The translations under genes were made by a program, and so were the position numbers. Shown in pieces: positions 1-12,461 of a stretch of 64,000 bases of DNA. This DNA comes from the human T2T-CHM13v2.0 reference genome, Homo sapiens. Numbering within the stretch: the stretch's first letter is position 1; each line of letters opens with the position of its first letter. The notes under the pieces are model-generated. The model was given only the letters and a program-made list of their open reading frames with translations, searched no databases and was not told the DNA's origin. The DNA lies in NCBI RefSeq assembly GCF_009914755.1, contig NC_060941.1. One strand, given 5' to 3'.

Positions 1-73
1 TTCCTGTGATAGTTCAGGTTTGAAACACTCATTTTGTAGGATCTGCAAGTGGATATTTGGACCACTCTGTGGC

Positions 74-90
74 CTTCGTTCGAAACGGGT
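74..90 (+). promoter_or_regulatory. CENP-B box (representative; recurs in each HOR)
   Basis: CTTCGTTCGAAACGGGT fits the CENP-B core nTTCGnnnnAnnCGGGn. Confidence 0.9.
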
Positions 91-586
91 ACATCTTCAC
101 ATAAAATCTAGACAGAAGCCTTCTCAGAAACTTCTCTGTGATGATTGCATTCAACTCACAGATTTGAACCCTCCTATGGATAGAGCATTGTTGAAACTCT
201 CTTTTTGTGGAATCTGCAAGTGGATATGTGGACCTCTCCGAAGATGTCTTTGGAAACGGGAATATCTTCACATAAAAACTAAACAGAAGCATTCTCAGAA
301 ACTTCTCTGTGATGTTTGTGTTCAACTCCCAGAATTTCACATTGCTTTTCATAGAGTAGTTCTGAAACATGCTTTTCGTAGTGTCTGCAAGTGGACATTT
401 GGAGCGCTTTCAAGCCTGTGGTGGAAAACGAATTATGGTCCCATAAAAACTGGAGAGAAGCATTGTCAGAAACTTCTTTGTGATGATTGCATTCAACTCA
501 CAGAGATGAAGGTTCCTTTACAAACAGCAGTTTCCAAACACTCTTTCTGTGGAATCTGCAAGTGGATATTTGGACCTCTTTGAAGA

Positions 587-603
587 TTTCGTTGGAAACG
601 GGA
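587..603 (+). promoter_or_regulatory. CENP-B box (canonical)
   Basis: TTTCGTTGGAAACGGGA is the canonical 17-bp box. Confidence 0.95.
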
Positions 604-756
604 GAATCTTCACAGAAAATCTAAACAGAAGCATTCTCAGAAACTTCTTTGTGATGCTTGCATTCAACTCACAGAGTTGAACTTTCCTTTCGAGAGAGAA
701 GCTTTGAAACACTCTTTTTCCAGAATCTGCAAGTGGACATTTGGAGGGCTTTGAGG

Positions 757-775
757 CCTGTGGTGGAAAAGGAAT
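757..775 (+). other. A-type monomer box (pJalpha-type) at the CENP-B-box-equivalent position; six A-type monomers per 16-mer
   Basis: CCTGTGGTGGAAAAGGAA or CCTATGGTAGTAAAGGAA-like sequences replace the B box at ~415, ~758, ~928, ~1601, ~2280 and ~2451. The reverse complement resembles the TTCCTTTTYCACCRTAG pJalpha motif. Confidence 0.8.
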
Positions 776-1099
776 TAACTTCCCGTAAAAGCTAGATAGA
801 AGCATTCTCAGAAACTACTTTGTGATGATTGCATTCAAGTCACAGAGTTGAACATTCCCTTTGACAGAGCAGTTTGGAAACTCTCTTTGTGTAGAATCTG
901 CAAGTGGAGATATGGACCGCTTTGAGGCCTATGGTAGTAAAGGAAATAGCTTCATATAAAAGCTAGACAGTAGCATTCACAGAAAACTCTTGGTGACGAC
1001 TGAGTTTAACTCACAGAGCTGAACATTCCTTTGGATGGAGCAGTTTCGAAACACACTATTTGTAGAATGTGCAAGTGGATATTTGGGCCTCTCTGAGGA

Positions 1100-1451
1100 T
1101 TTCGTTGGAAACGGGATAAACCGCACAGAACTAAACAGAAGCATTCTCAGAACCTTCTTCGTGATGTTTGCATTCAACTCACAGTGTTGAACCTTTCTTT
1201 GATAGTTCAGGTTTGAAACGGTCTTTCTGTAGAAACTGCAAGTAGATATTTGGACCTCTCTGAGGATTTCGTTGGAAACGGGATAAACCGCACAGAACTA
1301 AAACAGAAGCATTCTCAGAACCCTCTTCGTGATGTTTGCATTCAACTCACAGTGCTGAACCTTTCTTTGATAGTTCAGCTTTGAAACACTCTTCTTGTAG
1401 AAACTGCAAGTGGATATTTGGTCCTCTCTGAGGATTTCGTTGGAAACGGGA
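1100..1451 (+). promoter_or_regulatory. Three consecutive canonical CENP-B boxes in triplicated short monomers
   Basis: TTTCGTTGGAAACGGGA at 1100, 1267 and 1435, spaced 167 and 168 bp. Confidence 0.95.
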
Positions 1452-1772
1452 TAAACCGCACAGAACTAAACAGAAGCATTCTCAGAACCTTCTTCGTGAT
1501 GTCTGCATTCAACTCACAGTGTGGAACCTTTCTTTGATAGTTCAGGTTTGAAACACTCTTTTTGTAGAAACTGCAAGGGGATAATTGCACTTCTTTGAGG
1601 CCTACCGTAGTAAAGGAAATAACTTCCTATAGAAAGAAGACAGAAGCTTTCTCAGAAAATTCTTTGGGATGATTGAGTGGAACTCACAGAGCTGAACATT
1701 CCTTGCGATGTAGCAGTTTAGAAACACACTTTCTGCAGAATCTGCAAGTGCATATTTGGACCTCTCTGAGGA

Positions 1773-1789
1773 ATTCGTTGGAAACGGGA
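1773..1789 (+). promoter_or_regulatory. CENP-B box overlapping the diagnostic EcoRI site
   Basis: ATTCGTTGGAAACGGGA, with GAATTC at 1771-1776. Confidence 0.92.
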
Positions 1790-1938
1790 TAATTTCAGCT
1801 GACTAAACAGAAGCAGTCTCAGAATCTTCTTTGTGATGTTTGCATTCAAATCCCAGAGTTGAACTTTCCTTTCAAAGTTCACGTTTGAAACACTCTTTTT
1901 GCAGGATCTACAAGTGGATATTTGGACCACTCTGTGTC

Positions 1939-1955
1939 CTTCGTTCGAAACGGGT
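1939..1955 (+). promoter_or_regulatory. CENP-B box
   Basis: CTTCGTTCGAAACGGGT. It is the pentamer paralogue, 850 bp upstream, of the box at ~2789. Confidence 0.9.
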
Positions 1956-2622
1956 ATATCTTCACACGACATCTAGACAGAAGCATCCTCAGAAGCTTCT
2001 CTGTGATGACTGCATTCAACTCACGGAGTTGAACACTCCCTTTGAGAGCGCAGTTTTGAAACTCTCTTTCTGTGGCATCTGCAAGGGGACATGTAGACCT
2101 CTTTGAAGATTTCGTTGGAAACGGAATCATCTTCACATAAAAACTATACAGATGCATTCTCAGGAACTTTTTGGTGATGTTTGTATTCAACTCCCAGAGT
2201 TGAACTTTCCTTTGGAAAGAGCAGCTATGAAACACTCTTTTTCTAGAATCTGCAAGTGGACGTTTGGAGGGCTTTGTGGTTTGTGGTGGAAAAGGAAATA
2301 TCTTCACCTAAATACTAGATAGAAGCATTCTCAGAAACTGCTTTGTGATGATTGCATTCACCTCACAGAGTTGAACATTCCTATTGATAGAGCAGTTTGG
2401 AAACACTCTTGTTGTGGAATGTGCAAGTGGAGACTTGGAGCGTTTTGAGGCCTATGGTAGTAAAGGGAATAGCTTCATAGAAAAACTAGACAGAAGCATT
2501 CTCAGAAAATACTTTGTGATGATTGAGTTTAACTCACAGAGCTGAACATTCCTTTGGATGGAGCAGGTTTGAGACACACTTTTTGTAGAAACTACAAGTG
2601 GATATTTGGACCTCTCTGAGGA

Positions 2623-2639
2623 TTTCGTTGGAAACGCGA
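2623..2639 (+). promoter_or_regulatory. Polymorphic CENP-B box position (broken allele CGCG here)
   Basis: TTTCGTTGGAAACGCGA here; other HOR copies have the intact ...CGGGA (e.g. 5338-5354). Confidence 0.88.
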
Positions 2640-5600
2640 TAACTGCACCTAATTAAACGGAAGCATTCTCAGAAACTTCTTGGTGATGTTTGCATTCAAA
2701 TCCCAGAGTTGAACCTTCCTTTGATAGTTCAGGTTTGAAACACTCTTTTTGTAGGATCTGCAAGTGGATATTTGGACCACTCTGTGGCCTTCGTTCGAAA
2801 CGGGTACATCTTCCCATAAAATCTAGACAGAAGCCTTCTCAGAAACTTCTCTGTGATGATTGCATTCAACTCACAGAGTTGAACCCTCCTATGGATAGGG
2901 CATTGTTGAAACTCTCTTTTTGTGGAATCTGCAAGTGGATATGTGGACCTCTCCGAAGATGTCTTTGGAAACGGGAATATCTTCACATAAAAACTAAACA
3001 GAAGCATTCTCAGAAACTTCTCTGTGATGTTTGTGTTCAACTCCCAGAGTTTCACATTGCTTTTCATAGAGTAGTTCTGAAACATGCTTTTCGTAGTGTC
3101 TGCAAGTAGACATTTGGAGCGCTTTCAGGCCTGTGGTGGAAAACGAATTATGGTCCCATAAAAACTGGAGAGAAGCATTGTCAGAAACTTCTTTGTGATG
3201 ATTGCATTCAACTCACGGAGATGAAGGTTCCTTTACAAACAGCAGTTTCCAAACACTCTTTCTGTGGAATCTGCAAGTGGATATTTGGACCTCTTTGAAG
3301 ATTTCGTTGGAAACGGGAGAATCTTCACAGAAAAGCTAAACAGAAGCATTCTCAGAAACTTCTTTGTGATGCTTGCATTCAACTCACAGAGTTGAACTTT
3401 CCTTTCGAGAGAGAAGCTTTGAAACACTCTTTTTCCAGAATCTGCAAGTGGACATTTGGAGGGCTTTGAGGCCTGTGGTGGAAAAGGAATTAACTTCCCG
3501 TAAAAGCTAGATAGAAGCATTCTCAGAAACTACTTTGTGATGATTGCATTCAAGTCACAGAGTTGAACATTCCCTTTGACAGAGCAGTTTGGAAACTCTC
3601 TTTGTGTAGAATCTGCAAGTGGAGATATGGACCGCTTTGAGGCCTATGGTAGTAAAGGAAATAGCTTCATATAAAAGCTAGACAGTAGCATTCACAGAAA
3701 ACTCTTGGTGACGACTGAGTTTAACTCACAGAGCTGAACATTCCTTTGGATGGAGCAGTTTCGAAACACACTATTTGTAGAATGTGCAAGTGGATATTTG
3801 GGCCTCTCTGAGGATTTCGTTGGAAACGGGATAAACCGCACAGAACTAAACAGAAGCATTCTCAGAACCTTCTTCGTGATGTTTGCATTCAACTCACAGT
3901 GTTGAACCTTTCTTTGATAGTTCAGGTTTGAAACGGTCTTTCTGTAGAAACTGCAAGTAGATATTTGGACCTCTCTGAGGATTTCGTTGGAAACGGGATA
4001 AACCGCACAGAACTAAAACAGAAGCATTCTCAGAACCCTCTTCGTGATGTTTGCATTCAACACACAGTGCTGAACCTTTCTTTGATAGTTCAGCTTTGAA
4101 ACACTCTTCTTGTAGAAACTGCAAGTGGATATTTGGTCCTCTCTGAGGATTTCGTTGGAAACGGGATAAACCGCACAGAACTAAACAGAAGCATTCTCAG
4201 AACCTTCTTCGTGATGTCTGCATTCAACTCACAGTGTGGAACCTTTCTTTGATAGTTCAGGTTTGAAACACTCTTTTTGTAGAAACTGCAAGGGGATAAT
4301 TGCACTTCTTTGAGGCCTACCGTAGTAAAGGAAATAACTTCCTATAGAAAGAAGACAGAAGCTTTCTCAGAAAATTCTTTGGGATGATTGAGTGGAACTC
4401 ACAGAGCTGAACATTCCTTGCGATGTAGCAGTTTAGAAACACACTTTCTGCAGAATCTGCAAGTGCATATTTGGACCTCTCCGAGGAATTCGTTGGAAAC
4501 GGGATAATTTCAGCTGACTAAACAGAAGCAGTCTCAGAATCTTCTTTGTGATGTTTGCATTCAAATCCCAGAGTTGAACTTTCCTTTCAAAGTTCACGTT
4601 TGAAACACTCTTTTTGCAGGATCTACAAGTGGATATTTGGACCACTCTGTGTCCTTCGTTCGAAACGGGTATATCTTCACATGACATCTAGACAGAAGCA
4701 TTCTCAGAAGCTTCTCTGTGATGACTGCATTCAACTCACGGAGTTGAACACTCCTTTTGAGAGCGCAGTTTTGAAACTCTCTTTCTGTGGCATCTGCAAG
4801 GGGACATGTAGACCTCTTTGAAGATTTCGTTGGAAACGGAATCATCTTCACATAAAAACTATACAGATGCATTCTCAGGAACTTTTTGGTGATGTTTGTA
4901 TTCAACTCCCAGAGTTGAACTTTCCTTTGGAAAGAGCAGCTATGAAACACTCTTTTTCTAGAATCTGCAAGTGGACGTTTGGAGGGCTTTGTGGTTTGTG
5001 GTGGAAAAGGAAATATCTTCACCTAAATACTAGATAGAAGCATTCTCAGAAACTGCTTTGTGATGATTGCATTCACCTCACAGAGTTGAACATTCCTATT
5101 GATAGAGCAGTTTGGAAACACTCTTGTTGTGGAATGTGCAAGTGGAGATTTGGAGCGCTTTGAGGCCTATGGTAGTAAAGGGAATAGCTTCATAGAAAAA
5201 CTAGACAGAAGCATTCTCAGAAAATACTTTGTGATGATTGAGTTTAACTCACAGAGCTGAACATTCCTTTGGATGGAGCAGGTTTGAGACACACTTTTTG
5301 TAGAATCTACAAGTGGATATTTGGACCTCTCTGAGGATTTCGTTGGAAACGGGATAACTGCACCTAACTAAACGGAAGCATTCTCAGAAACTTCTTGGTG
5401 ATGTTTGCATTCAAATCCCAGAGTTGAACCTTCCTGTGATAGTACAGGTTTGAAACACTCTTTTTGTAGGATCTGCAAGTGGATATTTGGACCACTCTGT
5501 GGCCTTCGTTCGAAACGGGTACATCTTCACATAAAATCTAGACAGAAGCCTTCTCAGAAACTTCTCTGTGATGATTGCATTCAACTCACAGATTTGAACC

Positions 5601-8600
5601 CTCCTATGGATAGAGCATTGTTGAAACTCTCTTTTTGTGGAATCTGCAAGTGGATATGTGGACCTCTCCGAAGATGTCTTTGGAAACGGGAATATCTTCA
5701 CATAAAAACTAAACAGAAGCATTCTCAGAAACTTCTCTGTGATGTTTGTGTTCAACTCCCAGAGTTTCACATTGCTTTTCATAGAGTAGTTCTGAAACAT
5801 GCTTTTCGTAGTGTCTGCAAGTGGACATTTGGAGCGCTTTCAGGCCTGTGGTGGAAAACGAATTATGGTCCCATAAAAACTGGAGAGAAGCATTGTCAGA
5901 AACTTCTTTGTGATGATTGCATTCAACTCACAGAGATGAAGGTTCCTTTACAAACAGCAGTTTCCAAACACTCTTTCTGTGGAATCTGCAAGTGGATATT
6001 TGGACCTCTTTGAAGATTTCGTTGGAAACGGGAGAATCTTCACAGAAAATCTAAACAGAAGCATTCTCAGAAACTTCTTTGTGATGCTTGCATTCAACTC
6101 ACAGAGTTGAACTTTCCTTTCGAGAGAGAAGCTTTGAAACACTCTTTTTCCAGAATCTGCAAGTGGACATTTGGAGGGCTTTGAGGCCTGTGGTGGAAAA
6201 GGAATTAACTTCCCGTAAAAGCTAGATAGAAGCATTCTCAGAAACTACTTTGTGATGATTGCATTCAAGTCACAGAGTTGAACATTCCCTTTGACAGAGC
6301 AGTTTGGAAACTCTCTTTGTGTAGAATCTGCAAGTGGAGATATGGACCGCTTTGAGGCCTATGGTAGTAAAGGAAATAGCTTCATATAAAAGCTAGACAG
6401 TAGCATTCACAGAAAACTCTTGGTGACGACTGAGTTTAACTCACAGAGCTGAACATTCCTTTGGATGGAGCAGTTTCGAAACACACTATTTGTAGAATGT
6501 GCAAGTGGATATTTGGGCCTCTCTGAGGATTTCGTTGGAAACGGGATAAACCGCACAGAACTAAACAGAAGCATTCTCAGAACCTACTTCGTGATGTTTG
6601 CATTCAACTCACAGTGTTGAACCTTTCTTTGATAGTTCAGGTTTGAAACGGTCTTTCTGTAGAAACTGCAAGTAGATATTTGGACCTCTCTGAGGATTTC
6701 GTTGGAAACGGGATAAACCGCACAGAACTAAAACAGAAGCATTCTCAGAACCCTCTTCGTGATGTTTGCATTCAACTCACAGTGCTGAACCTTTCTTTGA
6801 TAGTTCAGCTTTGAAACACTCTTCTTGTAGAAACTGCAAGTGGATATTTGGTCCTCTCTGAGGATTTCGTTGGAAACGGGATAAACCGCACAGAACTAAA
6901 CAGAAGCATTCTCAGAACCTTCTTCGTGATGTCTGCATTCAACTCACAGTGTGGAACCTTTCTTTGATAGTTCAGGTTTGAAACACTCTTTTTGTAGAAA
7001 CTGCAAGGGGATAATTGCACTTCTTTGAGGCCTACCGTAGTAAAGGAAATAACTTCTTATAGAAAGAAGACAGAAGCTTTCTCAGAAAATTCTTTGGGAT
7101 GATTGAGTGGAACTCACAGAGCTGAACATTCCTTGCGATGTAGCAGTTTAGAAACACACTTTCTGCAGAATCTGCAAGTGCATATTTGGACCTCTCCGAG
7201 GAATTCGTTGGAAACGGGATAATTTCAGCTGACTAAACAGAAGCAGTCTCAGAATCTTCTTTGTGATGTTTGCATTCAAATCCCAGAGTTGAACTTTCCT
7301 TTCAAAGTTCACGTTTGAAACACTCTTTTTGCAGGATCTACAAGTGGATATTTGGACCACTCTGTGTCCTTCGTTCGAAACGGGTATATCTTCACATGAC
7401 ATCTAGACAGAAGCATCCTCAGAAGCTTCTCTGTGATGACTGCATTCAACTCACGGAGTTGAACACTCCTTTTGAGAGCGCAGTTTTGAAACTCTCTTTC
7501 TGTGGCATCTGCAAGGGGACATGTAGACCTCTTTGAAGATTTCGTTGGAAACGGAATCATCTTCACATAAAAACTATACAGATGCATTCTCAGGAACTTT
7601 TTGGTGATGTTTGTATTCAACTCCCAGAGTTGAACTTTCCTTTGGAAAGAGCAGCTATGAAACACTCTTTTTCTAGAATCTGCAAGTGGACGTTTGGAGG
7701 GCTTTGTGGTTTGTGGTGGAAAAGGAAATATCTTCACCTAAATACTAGATAGAAGCATTCTCAGAAACTGCTTTGTGATGATTGCATTCACCTCACAGAG
7801 TTGAACATTCCTATTGATAGAGCAGTTTGGAAACACTCTTGTTGTGGAATGTGCAAGTGGAGATTTGGAGCGCTTTGAGGCCTATGGTAGTAAAGGGAAT
7901 AGCTTCATAGAAAAACTAGACAGAAGGATTCTCAGAAAATACTTTGAGATGATTGAGTTTAACTCACAGAGCTGAACATTCCTTTGGATGGAGCAGGTTT
8001 GAGACACACTTTTTGTAGAATCTACAAGTGGATATTTGGACCTCTCTGAGGATTTCGTTGGAAACGGGATAACTGCACCTAACTAAACGGAAGCATTCTC
8101 AGAAACTTCTTGGTGATGTTTGCATTCAAATCCCAGAGTTGAAACTTCCTGTGATAGTTCAGGTTTGAAACACACTTTTTGTAGGATCTGCAAGTGGATA
8201 TTTGGACCACTCTGTGGCCTTCGTTCGAAACGGGTACATCTTCGCATAAAATCTAGACAGAAGCCTTCTCAGAAACTTCTCTGTGATGATTGCATTCAAC
8301 TCACAGAGTTGAACCCTCCTATGGATAGAGCATTCTTGAAACTCTCTTTTTGTGGAATCTGCAAGTGGATATGTGGACCTCTCCGAAGATGTCTTTGGAA
8401 ACGGGAATATCTTCACATAAAAACTAAACAGAAGCATTCTCAGAAACTTCTCTGTGATGTTTGTGTTCAACTCCCAGAGTTTCACATTGCTTTTCATAGA
8501 GTAGTTCTGAAACATGCTTTTCGTAGTGTCTGCAAGTGGACATTTGGAGCGCTTTCAGGCCTGTGGTGGAAAACGAATTATGGTCCCATAAAAACTGGAG

Positions 8601-9915
8601 AGAAGCATTGTCAGAAACTTCTTTGCGATGATTGCATTCAACTCACAGAGATGAAGGTTCCTTTACAAACAGCAGTTTCCAAACACTCTTTCTGTGGAAT
8701 CTGCAAGTGGATATTTGGACCTCTTTGAAGATTTCGTTGGAAACGGGAGAATCTTCACAGAAAAGCTAAACAGAAGCATTCTCAGAAACTTCTTTGTGAT
8801 GCTTGCATTCAACTCACAGAGTTGAACTTTCCTTTCGAGAGAGAAGCTTTGAAACACTCTTTTTCCAGAATCTGCAAGTGGACATTTGGAGGGCTTTGAG
8901 GCCTGTGGTGGAAAAGGAATTAACTTCCCGTAAAAGCTAGATAGAAGCATTCTCAGAAACTACTTTGTGATGATTGCATTCAAGTCACAGAGTTGAACAT
9001 TCCCTTTGACAGAGCAGTTTGGAAACTCTCTTTGTGTAGAATCTGCAAGTGGAGATATGGACCGCTTTGAGGCCTATGGTAGTAAAGGAAATAGCTTCAT
9101 ATAAAAGCTAGACAGTAGCATTCACAGAAAACTCTTGGTGACGACTGAGTTTAACTCACAGAGCTGAACATTCCTTTGGATGGAGCAGTTTCGAAACACA
9201 CTATTTGTAGAATGTGCAAGTGGATATTTGGGCCTCTCTGAGGATTTCGTTGGAAACGGGATAAACCGCACAGAACTAAACAGAAGCATTCTCAGAACCT
9301 TCTTCGTGATGTTTGCATTCAACTCACAGTGTTGAACCTTTCTTTGATAGTTCAGGTTTGAAACGGTCTTTCTGTAGAAACTGCAAGTAGATATTTGGAC
9401 CTCTCTGAGGATTTCGTTGGAAACGGGATAACCCGCACAGAACTAAAACAGAAGCATTCTCAGAACCCTCTTCGTGATGTTTGCATTCAACACACAGTGC
9501 TGAACCTTTCTTTGATAGTTCAGCTTTGAAACACTCTTCTTGTAGAAACTGCAAGTGGATATTTGGTCCTCTCTGAGGATTTCGTTGGAAACGGGATAAA
9601 CCGCACAGAACTAAACAGAAGCATTCTCAGAACCTTCTTCGTGATGTCTGCATTCAACTCACAGTGTGGAACCTTTCTTTGATAGTTCAGGTTTGAAACA
9701 CTCTTTTTGTAGAAACTGCAAGGGGATAATTGCACTTCTTTGAGGCCTACCGTAGTAAAGGAAATAACTTCCTATAGAAAGAAGACAGAAGCTTTCTCAG
9801 AAAATTCTTTGGGATGATTGAGTGGAACTCACAGAGCTGAACATTCCTTGCGATGTAGCAGTTTAGAAACACACTTTCTGCAGAATCTGCAAGTGCATAT
9901 TTGGACCTCTCCGAG

Positions 9916-12461
9916 GAATTCGTTGGAAACGGGATAATTTCAGCTGACTAAACAGAAGCAGTCTCAGAATCTTCTTTGTGATGTTTGCATTCAAATCCCA
10001 GAGTTGAACTTTCCTTTCAAAGTTCACGTTTGAAACACTCTTTTTGCAGGATCTACAAGTGGATATTTGGACCACTCTGTGTCCTTCGTTCGAAACGGGT
10101 ATATCTTCACATGACATCTAGACAGAAGCATTCTCAGAAGCTTCTCTGTGATGACTGCATTCAACTCACGGAGTTGAACACTCCTTTTGAGAGCGCAGTT
10201 TTGAAACTCTCTTTCTGTGGCATCTGCAAGGGGACATGTAGACCTCTTTGAAGATTTCGTTGGAAACGGAATCATCTTCACATAAAAACTATACAGATGC
10301 ATTCTCAGGAACTTTTTGGTGATGTTTGTATTCAACTCCCAGAGTTGAACTTTCCTTTGGAAAGAGCAGCTATGAAACACTCTTTTTCTAGAATCTGCAA
10401 GTGGACGTTTGGAGGGCTTTGTGGTTTGTGGTGGAAAAGGAAATATCTTCACCAAAATACTAGATAGAAGCATTCTCAGAAACTGCTTTGTGATGATTGC
10501 ATTCACCTCACAGAGTTGAACATTCCTATTGATAGAGCAGTTTGGAAACACTCTTGTTGTGGAATGTGCAAGTGGAGATTTGGAGCGCTTTGAGGCCTAT
10601 GGTAGTAAAGGGAATAGCTTCATAGAAAAACTAGACAGAAGCATTCTCAGAAAATACTTTGTGATGATTGAGTTTAACTCACAGAGCTGAACATTCCTTT
10701 GGATGGAGCAGGTTTGAGACACACTTTTTGTAGAATCTACAAGTGGATATTTGGACCTCTCTGAGGATTTCGTTGGAAACGCGATAACTGCACCTAACTA
10801 AACGGAAGCATTCTCAGAAACTTCTTGGTGATGTTTGCATTCAAATCCCAGAGTTGAACCTTCCTTTGATAGTTCAGGTTTGAAACACTCTTTTTGTAGG
10901 ATCTGCAAGTGGATATTTGGACCACTCTGTGGCCTTCGTTCGAAACGGGTATATCTTCGCATAAAATCTAGACAGAAGCCTTCTCAGAAACTTCTCTGTG
11001 ATGATTGCATTCAACTCACAGAGTTGAACCCTCCTATGGATAGAGCAGTGTTGAAACTCTCTTTTTGTGGAATCTGCAAGTGGATATGTGGACCTCTCCG
11101 AAGATGTCTTTGGAAACGGGAATATCTTCACATAAAAACTAAACAGAAGCATTCTCAGAAACTTCTCTGTGATGTTTGTGTTCAACTCCCAGAGTTTCAC
11201 ATTGCTTTTCATAGAGTAGTTCTGAAACATGCTTTTCGTAGTGTCTACAAGTGGACATTTGGAGCGCTTTCAGGCCTGTGGTGGAAAACGAATTATGGTC
11301 ACATAAAAACTGGAGAGAAGCATTGTCAGAAACTTCTTTGTGATGATTGCATTCAACTCACAGAGTTGAAGGTTCCTTTTCAAAGAGCAGTTTCCAATCA
11401 CTCTTTCTGTGGAATCTGCAAGTGGATATTTGGACCTCTTTGAAGATTTCGTTGGAAACGGGAGAATCTTCACAGAAAAGCTAAACAGAAGCATTCTCAG
11501 AAACTTCTTTGTGATGCTTGCATTCAACTCACAGAGTTGAACTTTCCTTTCGAGAGAGAAGCTTTGAAACATTCTTTTCCAGAATCTGCAAGTGGACATT
11601 TGGAGGGCATTGAGGCCTGTGGTGGAAAAGGAATTATCTTCCCGTAAAAGCTAGACAGAAGCATTCTCAGAAACTACTTTGTGATGATTGCATTCAAGTC
11701 ACAGACTTGAACATTCCCTTTGACAGAGCAGTTTGGAAACTCTCTTTGTGTAGAATCTGCAAGTGGAGATATGGACCGCTTTGAGGCCTATGGTAGTAAA
11801 GGAAATAGCTTCATATAAAAGCTAGACAGTAGCATTCACAGAAAACTCTTGGTGACGACTGAGTTTAACTCACAGAGCTGAACATTCCTTTGGATGGAGC
11901 AGTTTCGAAACACACTATTTGTAGAATGTGCAAGTGGATATTTGGGCCTCTCTGAGGATTTCGTTGGAAACGGGATAAACCGCACAGAACTAAACAGAAG
12001 CATTCTCAGAACCTTCTTCGTGATGTTTGCATTCAACTCACAGTGTTGAACCTTTCTTTGATAGTTCAGGTTTGAAACGGTCTTTCTGTAGAAACTGCAA
12101 GTAGATATTTGGACCTCTCTGAGGATTTCGTTGGAAACGGGATAAACCGCACAGAACTAAAACAGAAGCATTCTCAGAACCTTCTTCGTGATGTCTGCAT
12201 TCAACTCAAAGTGTGGAACCTTTCTTTGACAGTTCAGGTTTAAAAAACTCTTTTTGTAGAAACTGCAAGGGGATAATTGCACTCTTTGAGGAGTACCGTA
12301 GTAAAGGAAATAACTTCCTATAAAAAGAAGACAGAAGCTTTCTCAGAAAATTCTTTGGGATGATTGACTTGAACTCACAGAGCTGAGCATTCCTTGCGAT
12401 GTAGCAGTTTAGAAACACACTTTCTGCAGAATCTGCAAGTGCATATGTGGACCTCTCTGAG
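9916..12461 (+). repeat. 15-mer variant HOR (2546 bp)
   Basis: EcoRI sites at 9916 and 12462 are 2546 bp apart, which is 2715 minus 167 (one monomer) minus two 1-bp deletions. Only two consecutive GGATAAACCGCACAGAAC monomers are present instead of three. Confidence 0.96.

Larger units (their letters stand above)
1771..9915 (+). repeat. Three canonical 16-mer HORs (EcoRI to EcoRI)
   Basis: GAATTC at 1771, 4486, 7201 and 9916, spaced exactly 2715 bp. Confidence 0.97.

Noticed and set aside
244-262. Possible CENP-B boxes at ~245 (GTCTTTGGAAACGGGA) and ~2110 (TTTCGTTGGAAACGGAA)
   Set aside because: Each lacks an essential core base (TTCG or CGGG) in all copies read, so they are counted as degenerate B-type boxes.
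5405-6013. Cys/His-rich motifs (HSFCRICKW, FCGICKW) suggesting zinc fingers
   Set aside because: CxxC arises from the conserved alphoid TGTGGAATCTGCAAGTGG. C2H2 spacing and linkers are absent.
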